Shown piece by piece: positions 18,805-28,047 of a stretch of 64,000 nucleotides of DNA (position 1 is the first letter of the stretch; every line of letters starts with the position of its first letter). The stretch is from Maribacter sp. Its GTDB lineage: Bacteria; Bacteroidota; Bacteroidia; Flavobacteriales; Flavobacteriaceae. The notes beneath the pieces are model-generated. The model ran no database searches and was not told the DNA's origin. It saw only the letters and a list, made by a program, of their open reading frames with translations. Location of the stretch: positions 10,207 to 74,206 of the forward strand of contig DAOVWJ010000001.1 in NCBI GenBank assembly GCA_030636725.1, in the 5' to 3' direction. Position numbers and translations under genes: made by a program.

Positions 18805-20148
18805 ATGAGTTCTAACAGAAGAGATTTTATTAAAAAGGTATCCGTAGGGGCAGCAGGGGTTGCAATTAGCGGAACTGCCAACGCCATGACGGCACAGAGC
18901 TATTCAAATATCATTGGCGCAAATGATAGAATACATGTTGCTATCCAAGGTTTGGGGAGAAGATACGGTGCGTATAAAGACCCCATAACCAATAAGAAAA
19001 ACAATGTACGCTTACTATACTTGTGTGATGTTATGAAAAGTCAGCAAGAAAAAGCTGCTGCTAATTTTGCGAATGAAATCAATTATAAACCTACATTGGA
19101 AAACGATATTCGCAAAGTCTTAGAGGATACAAAATTAGATGCCGTTTTTATGGCAACACCAGATCACTGGCATACACCGGGAGCTTGTATGGCAATGCAG
19201 GCAGGGAAACATGTCTATTTGGAAAAGCCCTGCAGTCATAATCCGAATGAGAATGAACTCGTTGTCGCATTCCAAAAGAAGTACAATAAAGTTGTTCAAA
19301 TGGGTAATCAACAACGATCTTCCGTGGAATCAACTCAAATTATCAAAGATATTCATGACGGTGCTATTGGTAAGACATACAAGGCCACAGCTTTTTACAT
19401 CAATTCTAGAGGTGCTGTTCCGGTTCCGGTCAAAGCTGCACCACCTGAAGGTTTGGATTGGGAACTTTTTCAAGGACCCGCTCCTAGAAAAGACTATATG
19501 CATGATACTTGGAATTATAACTGGCACTGGTATGGATGGGACTACGGTACGGCGGAAATGGGAAATAATGCAACCCATGAACTTGATGTAGCGCGTTGGG
19601 CATTGGATGTCAAATATCCAGAACGTGTCGAAGTGCGATCCGGAAACCACCATTACGAAAATGATGGATGGGAAATGTACGACTCAATGGAGGCTTCCTT
19701 TACATTTTCTGACGGTCAGATTATTGAATGGGATGGACAAAGTAGAAATGGATTCAATAAATACGGTAAAGGAAGAGGTACCATAGTGTATGGCTCTGAA
19801 GGCTCTGTATTTATTGACCGTGGCGGTTATCAATTATATGATATCAAAGGAAAATTGATCAAGGACAGTAAGTCGGGAGGTTCAGAGGGTGGTATGGCCC
19901 TTGGCGGAGGTGGTGATCTTACCACAAGACACGCCCTTAACTTTTTTGACACCATCCGCGGCAAATCTAAATTAACCTCGCCTATTGAGCAGGGTGCGGT
20001 AACACAAATGTTGACGCACTATGCAAATATTGCCTCAAGAATAGGTAAATCATTTGAAGTTGATGACACAACGGGACGCATTTTTGATAGGGAAGCCATG
20101 AAATTATGGTCACGTGAATATCAGCCTGGTTGGGAACCTAAATTATAA
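18805..20148 (+). CDS. Tat-exported Gfo/Idh/MocA oxidoreductase
   Basis: NRRDFIK; ATPDHWH; GKHVYLEKP; QMGNQQRS. Confidence 0.9.
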   Translation: MSSNRRDFIKKVSVGAAGVAISGTANAMTAQSYSNIIGANDRIHVAIQGLGRRYGAYKDPITNKKNNVRLLYLCDVMKSQQEKAAANFANEINYKPTLENDIRKVLEDTKLDAVFMATPDHWHTPGACMAMQAGKHVYLEKPCSHNPNENELVVAFQKKYNKVVQMGNQQRSSVESTQIIKDIHDGAIGKTYKATAFYINSRGAVPVPVKAAPPEGLDWELFQGPAPRKDYMHDTWNYNWHWYGWDYGTAEMGNNATHELDVARWALDVKYPERVEVRSGNHHYENDGWEMYDSMEASFTFSDGQIIEWDGQSRNGFNKYGKGRGTIVYGSEGSVFIDRGGYQLYDIKGKLIKDSKSGGSEGGMALGGGGDLTTRHALNFFDTIRGKSKLTSPIEQGAVTQMLTHYANIASRIGKSFEVDDTTGRIFDREAMKLWSREYQPGWEPKL

Positions 20149-20209
20149 AGAGCTACCTTTTAACACGTTATTGATCTAAGCTTTGCACGACCAGTATTAA
20201 ATGTTATTA

Positions 20210-20369
20210 GGGCCTGTTAACACTAAGCCTTAAAGCGGGTTTTCCGCTCTTTTTCCGTATTTCTTTGTTCGTTTTTGACAACGTAGCACGCTATGTTTGG
20301 AAAAAACAGCCTCGAAATCCGAAAAAATCATCAAAAAACCCATACTTTCCGTTTAGTGTTAACAGGCCC
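20210..20369 (-). mobile_element. 160-bp MITE-like element with a structured (Flavo-1-like) core
   Basis: Perfect 17-bp TIR gggcctgttaacactaa / ttagtgttaacaggccc, flanked by TA. Its reverse complement shares core motifs with 14673-14832. Confidence 0.8.
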
Positions 20370-20403
20370 TAATTGGTCGTGCATATATTTAATTTTGGTA
20401 TAC

Positions 20404-21435
20404 ATGAAAACTGACAAAATTGGAGTTGGAATAATTGGTTATGGATCTATAACACCCTTCCATATACATAGCATTGTTGAATTGGATCATTGTCATCTTA
20501 TTGCCGTGCAGAGTAGCAACGCAGAAAAAAGGGCAATGATTCAAAAAAAATATAGTGTTCCATGTTTTGCCACCTATCAGGAGCTAATAGATTTAGAACA
20601 GATTCAGTTGATAATCATTTGTACACCAAGTGGCTTTCACTTGGAACCCGCACTTTTAGCTATGAAAGCAGGCAAACATGTGGTGGTCGAAAAACCATTG
20701 GAAATCAGTACTGCTCGTTGTGAAAAGATGATAGAGGCCAGTATAGCATCGCAAGTAAGTCTAACGTGTATATTTCAAAACAGATTTGCCTCGGACTACC
20801 TTAAAATCAAAGAAGCCATTAGTGCTGGGAAATTGGGAAAATTATTACTGGGGAATGCCTACATTAAATGGAAAAGGGATCAAAACTATTATGATAGCTC
20901 CCCTTGGCGGGGAACCTTAAAGGGTGATGGTGGAGCGGTACTCATAAATCAAGGCATACACACTATTGACCTTCTGATAGATTTGATGGGAAATGCAAAA
21001 ACGGTTTCTGGAAGCATTAGAACCTTAACCCATACAATTGAAGGGGAAGATGTAGCCGTAGCCAACCTAGAGTTTGAAAGTGGAGCCCTAGGAACCATCG
21101 AAGGAAGTACATCATTGTACAGGGCCTTCCCAGAGAAAATTGAAATACACGGTGAAAAGGGAAGTATTATACTGGAAGGTGGGAAAATCACCCATTGGAA
21201 CACCGAGGAGGATGGCAAACTGGAAATAAAGGCTGAAAAATCCACTTCAGGAGCCGATGACCCCTTGGCCATAGACAATACATTACACAAAAAGCAATTA
21301 GGAGAAATCATAAGTAGCATAAGACAAGGCAAAACTCCTCCGGTCGCTGCGAAGAAAGCTATGCAATCTGTTGCCCTTATCGAAGCCATTTACAAGTCTT
21401 CCCGTACTCATAAAAAAATCCCCATCAATACATAA
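20404..21435 (+). CDS. Cytoplasmic Gfo/Idh/MocA oxidoreductase
   Basis: GIIGYG Rossmann motif; GKHVVVEKP; GGAVLINQGIHTID. Start at MKTDK. Confidence 0.9.
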   Translation: MKTDKIGVGIIGYGSITPFHIHSIVELDHCHLIAVQSSNAEKRAMIQKKYSVPCFATYQELIDLEQIQLIIICTPSGFHLEPALLAMKAGKHVVVEKPLEISTARCEKMIEASIASQVSLTCIFQNRFASDYLKIKEAISAGKLGKLLLGNAYIKWKRDQNYYDSSPWRGTLKGDGGAVLINQGIHTIDLLIDLMGNAKTVSGSIRTLTHTIEGEDVAVANLEFESGALGTIEGSTSLYRAFPEKIEIHGEKGSIILEGGKITHWNTEEDGKLEIKAEKSTSGADDPLAIDNTLHKKQLGEIISSIRQGKTPPVAAKKAMQSVALIEAIYKSSRTHKKIPINT

Positions 21436-21655
21436 CTATCGTGAGTTCGATATAAAGCGTATTGAATGTCAGTTCCTACGATATTCCAACATCCAACAAA
21501 TCTAAAATATTTGTGGAAACTAAGAGCCTGTTTAAAGTAACTGCAATGAAATTGTAGGTTTTTAACTTTCTACTTGATACTAAAGGATTGTACTTGAAGG
21601 GAAGGTAGCAAAGGAATAGTAGGCAAAGGTTCTTTGGGTACTCTGATTTTATACA

Positions 21656-23113
21656 TTAATCTTTCAACACGACTTCACTGTATTTCGAATTGATCAAAAT
21701 AGACTTATCAGTATTCCTACTAATATTATATCCTTTATAAACTGTAGTATTGTGATTTTTCGTCTCATCCAAATGTAAGCTAGAAGGAATGTTCAATTCT
21801 GACAAGGTTCCATCTATCTCAATAACAAAAGCAGTGGCAGGCAAATTGCATATGAATTCGCCATTTTGGAGTGAAATATCCATTTCTTTGAAGTCCTTGG
21901 AAACCGAATTGATTTTAAGTGGTCCCATTTTATTGTTTACAACCAGACTTTTCAAAAGCTTGTCAATGGTCACGTCAGAAGAAGTGGTACTCAACCTTAA
22001 GTTGAGCACCTCTCTAAGATCTACATTTTCAGAATAATCGGCCTGTAAAAGCCCGTAGTTCCATTTTTGAACGCTTACTGGCGAATATGACGTCTTTATT
22101 GTAGTTTGGTCGCCATCAATAGTATAGGCTACCAGGGTAGAGTACGATAGTTTAGCATTTATATTTTTGGTGTTTTCGGCTAATTTCACTTCACCATGCC
22201 TCACATTCATTTTGATTTTGGTGTCCTTGGGCATTTTAATCTTAATGGTCTTTTTAACTTTGTAATTCTTGTTTTCCCCATCACGGGAATAGTAAAAAAT
22301 GTTGGCCTCTTTTTCATGCATTTCATGCTGTTTTTCTAGAAGCTCCCTCTGCTTTTCATGCTCTTCAGCACGTCTTTCCATTTCAACAGCACGTTTTTCC
22401 ATGGCTTCGGCCTGTTTTTCCATTCTTCTCTCTTGCACTTCCATCCTTTTCTCCTGCATTTCAGCACGCTTCAATTGTCTTTCCTCATGCCTTTTTTCTA
22501 TCTCTGCTCCACGAAGCTCCATTCTTTTGCTCCACTCCTCCATTTTCTTTTCATAATTCTTATCAAAACCCTTTTCAAATTTTTTCTGCCATTTTTTCAT
22601 ATATTTCTCTCCATCCTTCTTGTAGGCTTCATAGTCAAAATCAACAGGAGGTACAGGAGGCATGGGCATATCTCCCAAATCAATAATGAAATCCGCCATA
22701 TCCGGTATTTCGGGAATCTCTGGCATTTCAAAATTAAATTCGGGAATCACAAAATTCAAATCCTTCAAACCCTGCAATCCTTCCAATGCATGGTCAAACG
22801 ACCACGTATTGTTCGTTCTTGTTGAAATTTCAACTTTTTGACTATTCCCAACAATCTCAATACTTCTGCCCTCAAAATATTCTTCAGCCTCCTTCGCGGT
22901 TGCCCCTTCGATTTCTATTATAGCCTCGACGGATATCTGATTTTTATCCCAAGTTTCAAATTCAATGTCGGCATTACTGGTATTGATATCCAAGACCGTT
23001 TCGGCATTTACATTGAAAACCTCATTAAATGATTTACTCTGTTTTTGTCCGTAGGCCCCTACTACCAATAGAGACACGATCAAGGTGATTAATTTAAATC
23101 GCATTAGTTTCAT
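21656..23113 (-). CDS. Secreted protein with central coiled coil and DUF4097-like beta regions
   Basis: Signal peptide; ADIEFETWDKNQISVEA; E/K/R/M-rich helix; last gene of an ECF operon. Confidence 0.65.
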   Translation of the reverse strand: MKLMRFKLITLIVSLLVVGAYGQKQSKSFNEVFNVNAETVLDINTSNADIEFETWDKNQISVEAIIEIEGATAKEAEEYFEGRSIEIVGNSQKVEISTRTNNTWSFDHALEGLQGLKDLNFVIPEFNFEMPEIPEIPDMADFIIDLGDMPMPPVPPVDFDYEAYKKDGEKYMKKWQKKFEKGFDKNYEKKMEEWSKRMELRGAEIEKRHEERQLKRAEMQEKRMEVQERRMEKQAEAMEKRAVEMERRAEEHEKQRELLEKQHEMHEKEANIFYYSRDGENKNYKVKKTIKIKMPKDTKIKMNVRHGEVKLAENTKNINAKLSYSTLVAYTIDGDQTTIKTSYSPVSVQKWNYGLLQADYSENVDLREVLNLRLSTTSSDVTIDKLLKSLVVNNKMGPLKINSVSKDFKEMDISLQNGEFICNLPATAFVIEIDGTLSELNIPSSLHLDETKNHNTTVYKGYNISRNTDKSILINSKYSEVVLKD

Positions 23114-23678
23114 ACTGTTCGTTTTTTGATGATTGTACTTCGTTTAATTTCTCTTTTAATTTCTGTAATAATTGCAACCGCAGTTGTAAATTCTTGATAA
23201 GCGCAGATATGGTCTGGTCATTAGGACCAATTTGGTTGAGTTCGGCATTCAAGTTTTGGTATTCAAGATTCAGTTCCGCTAAACGGTCCATATAACTATC
23301 TATCAACGCCTTATTGTCCCCAGACACGTTCAGTTTGGAAAGTTCCAAATTGATATTCGCCACATAATAGTTCTCGATTTTCTTCAAATCTGGGGAAAGA
23401 TCCCCAAGGGAGATCCCATTTTGGGTTTCTACACTCGGATTTTTATCCACGATAATGGGGGGAATTTCATTTTCATCCCCATTGATTATATAGAACGCAC
23501 CAATACTTATTAAAACCAAAATGGTAGCAGCAATTTTCAAGATAAAAAATGGAGATTTCCGTTGTTTGGGTAGTTCTTTGTCCAAACGATCCATGAATCT
23601 TTTTTCATGTCCATCCGCCATCACAAACTGCTCCCCTTTTTGCTCTTCTTTGAATAATTTTCTAAGATCCCGTGCCAT
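23094..23678 (-). CDS. Probable membrane anti-sigma factor
   Basis: GHEKRFMDRL N-terminus, a single TM (LKIAATILVLISIG) and a helical periplasmic part; overlaps the ECF sigma gene. Confidence 0.7.
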   Translation of the reverse strand: MARDLRKLFKEEQKGEQFVMADGHEKRFMDRLDKELPKQRKSPFFILKIAATILVLISIGAFYIINGDENEIPPIIVDKNPSVETQNGISLGDLSPDLKKIENYYVANINLELSKLNVSGDNKALIDSYMDRLAELNLEYQNLNAELNQIGPNDQTISALIKNLQLRLQLLQKLKEKLNEVQSSKNEQYETNAI

Positions 23679-24204
23679 ATACTTTATCCTTTAACAATTC
23701 TTTCAAATAACCCTTGCCCCTTAACAGTCTCGTTCTACTTGTTGTTTCCGTAAGTTTTAGAACTTGCGATATTTCGCGATGGTCATAGCCCTCGATAAGG
23801 AACATCATAACTACATATCTATACTTTTCCGGCAACTCTTCTATTGCACTTTTTACTTGGTTTATGGTGATATCGACTTCAACCGTCCAATCTTCATCCT
23901 CGGATATGTGCAAATAGTTTTCATCCAACTCCACCAACTTTTTCTTTTTTGCCTTAAGAAAGTCGATACTCTTGTTTATTACTATTCTTTTCAACCATGC
24001 CCCAAAGGTTACTTCACCTTTAAATTGATGTATTCTTTGAAAGGCTTTAATAAACGATTCCTGAATCACATCCTCCGCATCATCCGAATTTTGGACATAT
24101 CGCATGGCGACGCAGAACATACCTTCGCAATACTGCTTATACAGCTGCATTTGGGCCTTTCGGTCGTTGGCCTTACATTGTTCTACGACATCAATTTGAA
24201 ACAT
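23662..24204 (-). CDS. ECF RNA polymerase sigma factor
   Basis: DAEDVIQESFIKAF, FGAWLKRIVINKSID (region 2); LPEKYR..EGYDHREIS (region 4). Confidence 0.93.
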   Translation of the reverse strand: MFQIDVVEQCKANDRKAQMQLYKQYCEGMFCVAMRYVQNSDDAEDVIQESFIKAFQRIHQFKGEVTFGAWLKRIVINKSIDFLKAKKKKLVELDENYLHISEDEDWTVEVDITINQVKSAIEELPEKYRYVVMMFLIEGYDHREISQVLKLTETTSRTRLLRGKGYLKELLKDKVYGTGS

Positions 24205-24247
24205 TGGTCAGTTTCGTTGTTGGTTTCAGCTGTTTTGTTTTTCTAAG

Positions 24248-24273
24248 GACGATATAAATAGTTCAATGTTGCA
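24248..24273 (-). promoter_or_regulatory. Candidate autoregulatory ECF promoter (TGCAAC-N16-CGTC)
   Basis: Minus strand reads tgcaac attgaactatttatat cgtc, 44 nt upstream of the sigma start; matches the general ECF AAC/CGT consensus. Confidence 0.6.
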
Positions 24274-24311
24274 AAAAACGATTATTTTTATGCCCAATAA
24301 ATTCAATTTCC

Positions 24312-25220
24312 TTGAAACAAGTTACAATAAGCAACCCATTCATTACCCTAATTGTTTTGGACTATGGAGCCATAATCCAAAAATTATTAGTAAAAGACCA
24401 CGAAGGGATATACACCAATGTCGTCGTTGGTTATGACTATCCAAGCCAGTACCCTGATGATACCAAAAGTTTAGGAGCATGTTGTGGAAGATACGCAGGG
24501 CGCATATCCAACGGCGGTTTTGTCCTCGATCAAAAAAACTATTCCTTATATGCAGAAGGAGGTATTCATTTACATGGTGGGAAAGTGGGCTTTAACAAAA
24601 AAAAATGGACCATTGAAAAGGTGAGCCATGGTGATGAACCTTTTGTGAGACTTTCTTATGTAAGCAAACATTTGGAGGAAGGTTACCCTGGGAATCTAAA
24701 AGCCACGGTTACCTATAAATTAAGCAACAATGAGCTGCATATAATCCATGAGGCGACCACAGATATGACGACTGTTGTCAATTTAACGAATCATTCCTAT
24801 TTCAAGTTAGACGACGAAAATAGTATCGACCATTATTATTTAAAATTAAATTGTCCTGAAATTGTAGAGACAAAGACAAATCTATTGCCAACGGGTAAAT
24901 TGACTTCTGTTAAAGGCACGAAATATGACTTTCTCTCGGAACAGCAAATAGGATTGACCCGATTAGACACGCCATTTGCCACTGACAATTATAGTAGTTT
25001 CGTGGCCATGTTATCTTCAAAAAAAACTGGAATTTCAATGGAGGTGAGTACAAATCAACCAGGTTTGGTGGTCTATACGCCAGCCAACTTTTCGGCTATT
25101 TGTTTTGAGACCCAAAATTTTCCCGATGCACCAAACAATACGCATTTTCCAAGTAGTGTTCTACGACCAAAGGAAACCTATAGCAATGCCTCAATTTTTA
25201 AATTCGATTTAGTAACTTAG
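24312..25220 (+). CDS. galM: Aldose 1-epimerase (galactose mutarotase)
   Basis: GRYAGRI, HLHGG, EEGYPGNL, NLTNHSYF, CFETQNFPDAPN. Confidence 0.9.
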   Translation: MKQVTISNPFITLIVLDYGAIIQKLLVKDHEGIYTNVVVGYDYPSQYPDDTKSLGACCGRYAGRISNGGFVLDQKNYSLYAEGGIHLHGGKVGFNKKKWTIEKVSHGDEPFVRLSYVSKHLEEGYPGNLKATVTYKLSNNELHIIHEATTDMTTVVNLTNHSYFKLDDENSIDHYYLKLNCPEIVETKTNLLPTGKLTSVKGTKYDFLSEQQIGLTRLDTPFATDNYSSFVAMLSSKKTGISMEVSTNQPGLVVYTPANFSAICFETQNFPDAPNNTHFPSSVLRPKETYSNASIFKFDLVT

Positions 25221-25387
25221 GCCTGACAACGCTAAAAAACTAAATATAAAACGAACATGAATTTTTTTTATCAAAAAACACCCCAAGGGTATGATTAAAA
25301 TAAATTCATGAGAGAACGAGTGTTGCGAATGCTTACATGGGTTCTCAAATTTTGGAATATCTTTTCTAATTACTAAATTTTAAACAC

Positions 25388-25948
25388 ATGAAAAAACGAA
25401 AAAAGATATTGTTGGTACTAGTTGCATTGATTGCATTGGTCATTTTTGTGGGCATGCCCTATATGCAAGAACAGACCAAAAAGCATAGTCCCGAAATAAC
25501 AAATACCTATGCCAAAAATGGAATGGATTTGTCGGTCAATTTTTCAAGTCCTTCAAAAAAAGACCGTGTTATTTTTGGTGAATTGGTTCCTTACGATCTT
25601 GTATGGAGAACAGGGGCCAATGAACCTACTACATTTACTACAGCATCTAATATTAAGATAATCAACAAAAATCTTCCTTCGGGCACTTACTCTTTTTGGA
25701 CAAAACCTGGAAGAGAGGTTTGGGAAGTTATATTCAATAGTGAAATTCCTGATTGGGGTGTCACCATATTGAGCGGAGGTTCGGAAACCACCAGAAACCA
25801 GGAAACTGATGTGATCAGTATTGAAGTACCTTCTGAACAAATTTCGGCCATGCAGGAAAAACTGCATATTGACTTTGAAGATGGAGACCAACTATACCTA
25901 ACGCTATCTTGGGATCAAACCAAAATAAAAGTGCCTATCTACAAATAG
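25388..25948 (+). CDS. DUF2911-family protein
   Basis: SSPSKKDRVIFGELVPYDLVWRTGANEPT signature. Confidence 0.85.
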   Translation: MKKRKKILLVLVALIALVIFVGMPYMQEQTKKHSPEITNTYAKNGMDLSVNFSSPSKKDRVIFGELVPYDLVWRTGANEPTTFTTASNIKIINKNLPSGTYSFWTKPGREVWEVIFNSEIPDWGVTILSGGSETTRNQETDVISIEVPSEQISAMQEKLHIDFEDGDQLYLTLSWDQTKIKVPIYK

Positions 25949-25950
25949 AC

Positions 25951-26994
25951 TTGAGCGCAGCAAAGAACACCGATTCAAAAAGTATTTCCAAGGTTCGGGA
26001 TAAAAGAAAGCAATTTCCTTCAATCGATGAACTTACACAAGGTATTCTCAAAGGGGATAAAACTGCCTTGAGCAGGGCAATTACAATGGTTGAAAGCACC
26101 AACCGGGATCACCTTCAAATGGCCAATACAATCATAGAAAATTGCCTAGCCCTAAAAAAGGAAAGCATTCGATTGGGAATAACCGGAGTACCTGGTGTTG
26201 GTAAAAGCACATTAATTGAAACTTTGGGCAAAAAATTAACCGTACTGGGTAACAAAGTTGCCGTTCTTGCCGTTGACCCTACAAGTACAAAAAGCAAGGG
26301 CAGTATTTTAGGAGATAAAACGCGAATGCAAGAATTGGTAAAGGATTCAAACGCCTTTATTCGCCCTTCCCCTTCCGGGGATACCTTAGGGGGCGTGGCC
26401 CGAAAGACCAGGGAAACCATTATTTTATGTGAGGCCGCTGGTTATAACATAGTCTTGATCGAAACCGTAGGAGTCGGTCAAAGCGAAACCGCCGTTCACA
26501 GTATGGTAGACTTCTTTCTCTTGCTGAAACTCGCTGGCGCCGGAGATGAACTACAAGGCATAAAGCGGGGCATCATAGAAATGGCCGATGCATTGGTCAT
26601 TAATAAGGCGGATAAGGAAAATATAAAACAGGCAAAAAAAGCCAAAATAGAGTTTACAAGGGCCTTGCAGCTATATCCACCCAAAGAAAGTGGTTGGATT
26701 CCTAAAGTGCTCAGCTGTTCAGCCTTGGAAGATTCAGGTATTATCGAGATTTGGGGAATGGTTATGGAGTTTATCAATCATGCCAGAACCATTGGAACTT
26801 TACAAACCAATCGCAGTAATCAGAATAAGCATTGGCTGTTACAGCATATTGACGACCAAATTAAATATGATTTCTATCAAAACGCGAACATCAGTCGCAT
26901 TTTACCAACCGTTATCAACGAGGTTACGATGGGCAAAACCTCTCCTTTTAGGGCCGCGGAAAAGCTGTTGGAAATCTACCGTAAAGACGGATGA
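25951..26994 (+). CDS. meaB: Methylmalonyl-CoA mutase-associated GTPase MeaB/ArgK
   Basis: GITGVPGVGKST, VLAVDP, ILGDKTRM, ETVGVGQSE, NKAD. Start uncertain (TTG at 25951 avoids overlap). Confidence 0.9.
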   Translation: MSAAKNTDSKSISKVRDKRKQFPSIDELTQGILKGDKTALSRAITMVESTNRDHLQMANTIIENCLALKKESIRLGITGVPGVGKSTLIETLGKKLTVLGNKVAVLAVDPTSTKSKGSILGDKTRMQELVKDSNAFIRPSPSGDTLGGVARKTRETIILCEAAGYNIVLIETVGVGQSETAVHSMVDFFLLLKLAGAGDELQGIKRGIIEMADALVINKADKENIKQAKKAKIEFTRALQLYPPKESGWIPKVLSCSALEDSGIIEIWGMVMEFINHARTIGTLQTNRSNQNKHWLLQHIDDQIKYDFYQNANISRILPTVINEVTMGKTSPFRAAEKLLEIYRKDG

Positions 26995-27059
26995 TCCGCT
27001 GGCCCAAATCTAAGGCCCTGGCCAAACATCGCCAAGCAAAAGTATATCAATAAAATACA

Positions 27060-27067
27060 TAACTTTG
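27060..27067 (+). promoter_or_regulatory. Bacteroidota -7 promoter box (TAACTTTG)
   Basis: Matches TAnnTTTG, 20 nt upstream of the GT2 start. Confidence 0.55.
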
Positions 27068-27087
27068 CCAAACCATAACTCAACTGA

Positions 27088-28047
27088 ATGCATCAGATTA
27101 CAGATTCCTTACTTTCAATCGTCGTACCTCTTTATAACGAAGAAGAAAATGCGGTTTTATTGACCCGAAAAATCCACGAAAGTCTTATTGGTTACAATTA
27201 TCAGATAATTTACATAGACGATTTTTCTACGGATAACACCCGAAAAGTAATCAAAGAAATGAACGATGACAGGGTTCACCTTATCGAACTCAAAAAAAAC
27301 TATGGACAGAGTCTGGCCTTGGCTGCAGGAATTGATTATGCAGAGGGGGAATATATCATTACCATGGATGGGGACTTACAAAATGACCCCAGTGATATTC
27401 CTCAAATGCTTGAGTATGCCATAAATGATGAATACGATGTGGTTACGGGCATTCGCCAAAAAAGAAAGGATTCCTTGGTAAAAAAGATTCCTTCTAAAAT
27501 CGCCAACTTTTTGGTCCGGCGTGTGACCAAACTGGATATTAAGGATAATGGCTGTGCCTTAAAAGTCTTTACAAGAGACATTGCCAAGGATCTAAATCTA
27601 TATGGTGAGATGCACCGTTTTATTACGCTTTTGGCACACTTGGAAGGAGCACAGATAAAGCAAGTACCCGTTAAACACCATGCGCGTAATGCTGGCGTGT
27701 CCAAATACGGACTGGAGCGGGTTTTCAAGGTTGTGGCCGATATGATGCTGCTATTGTTTATACGCAAGTATTTTCAACGTCCAATCCACCTATTTGGGAT
27801 ATTCGGATTCTTATTGATTATGTTGGGCATATTGATCAACATCTATCTTCTTATTGTAAAATGGGGCTTTGGTGAAGATATTGGTACCAGGCCTTTATTG
27901 ATTTTCGGGCTGATGTTCATTTTAGCTGGGATTCAATTATTCACCATTGGTATTGTAATGGAACTGCTCATTAGAACGTACTACGAATCGCAAAAGAAAA
28001 GACCTTATAGAATCAAAAAAACAACAGTTGGAGGCGGGGGTGCGTAA
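27088..28047 (+). CDS. GT2 polyprenol-phosphate glycosyltransferase, ArnC/GtrB-like
   Basis: VVPLYNEEEN, DDFSTD, NYGQSLA, MDGDLQNDP; two C-terminal TM helices. Confidence 0.88.
   Translation: MHQITDSLLSIVVPLYNEEENAVLLTRKIHESLIGYNYQIIYIDDFSTDNTRKVIKEMNDDRVHLIELKKNYGQSLALAAGIDYAEGEYIITMDGDLQNDPSDIPQMLEYAINDEYDVVTGIRQKRKDSLVKKIPSKIANFLVRRVTKLDIKDNGCALKVFTRDIAKDLNLYGEMHRFITLLAHLEGAQIKQVPVKHHARNAGVSKYGLERVFKVVADMMLLLFIRKYFQRPIHLFGIFGFLLIMLGILINIYLLIVKWGFGEDIGTRPLLIFGLMFILAGIQLFTIGIVMELLIRTYYESQKKRPYRIKKTTVGGGGA

Noticed and set aside
20293-20403. N-terminal extension of the second Gfo/Idh/MocA ORF
   Set aside because: It lies largely within the 160-bp MITE; the Rossmann motif starts just after ATG 20404.
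22300-22620. Apparent low-complexity DNA repeat
   Set aside because: Explained by the E/K/R/M-rich coiled coil of the 21656-23113 protein.
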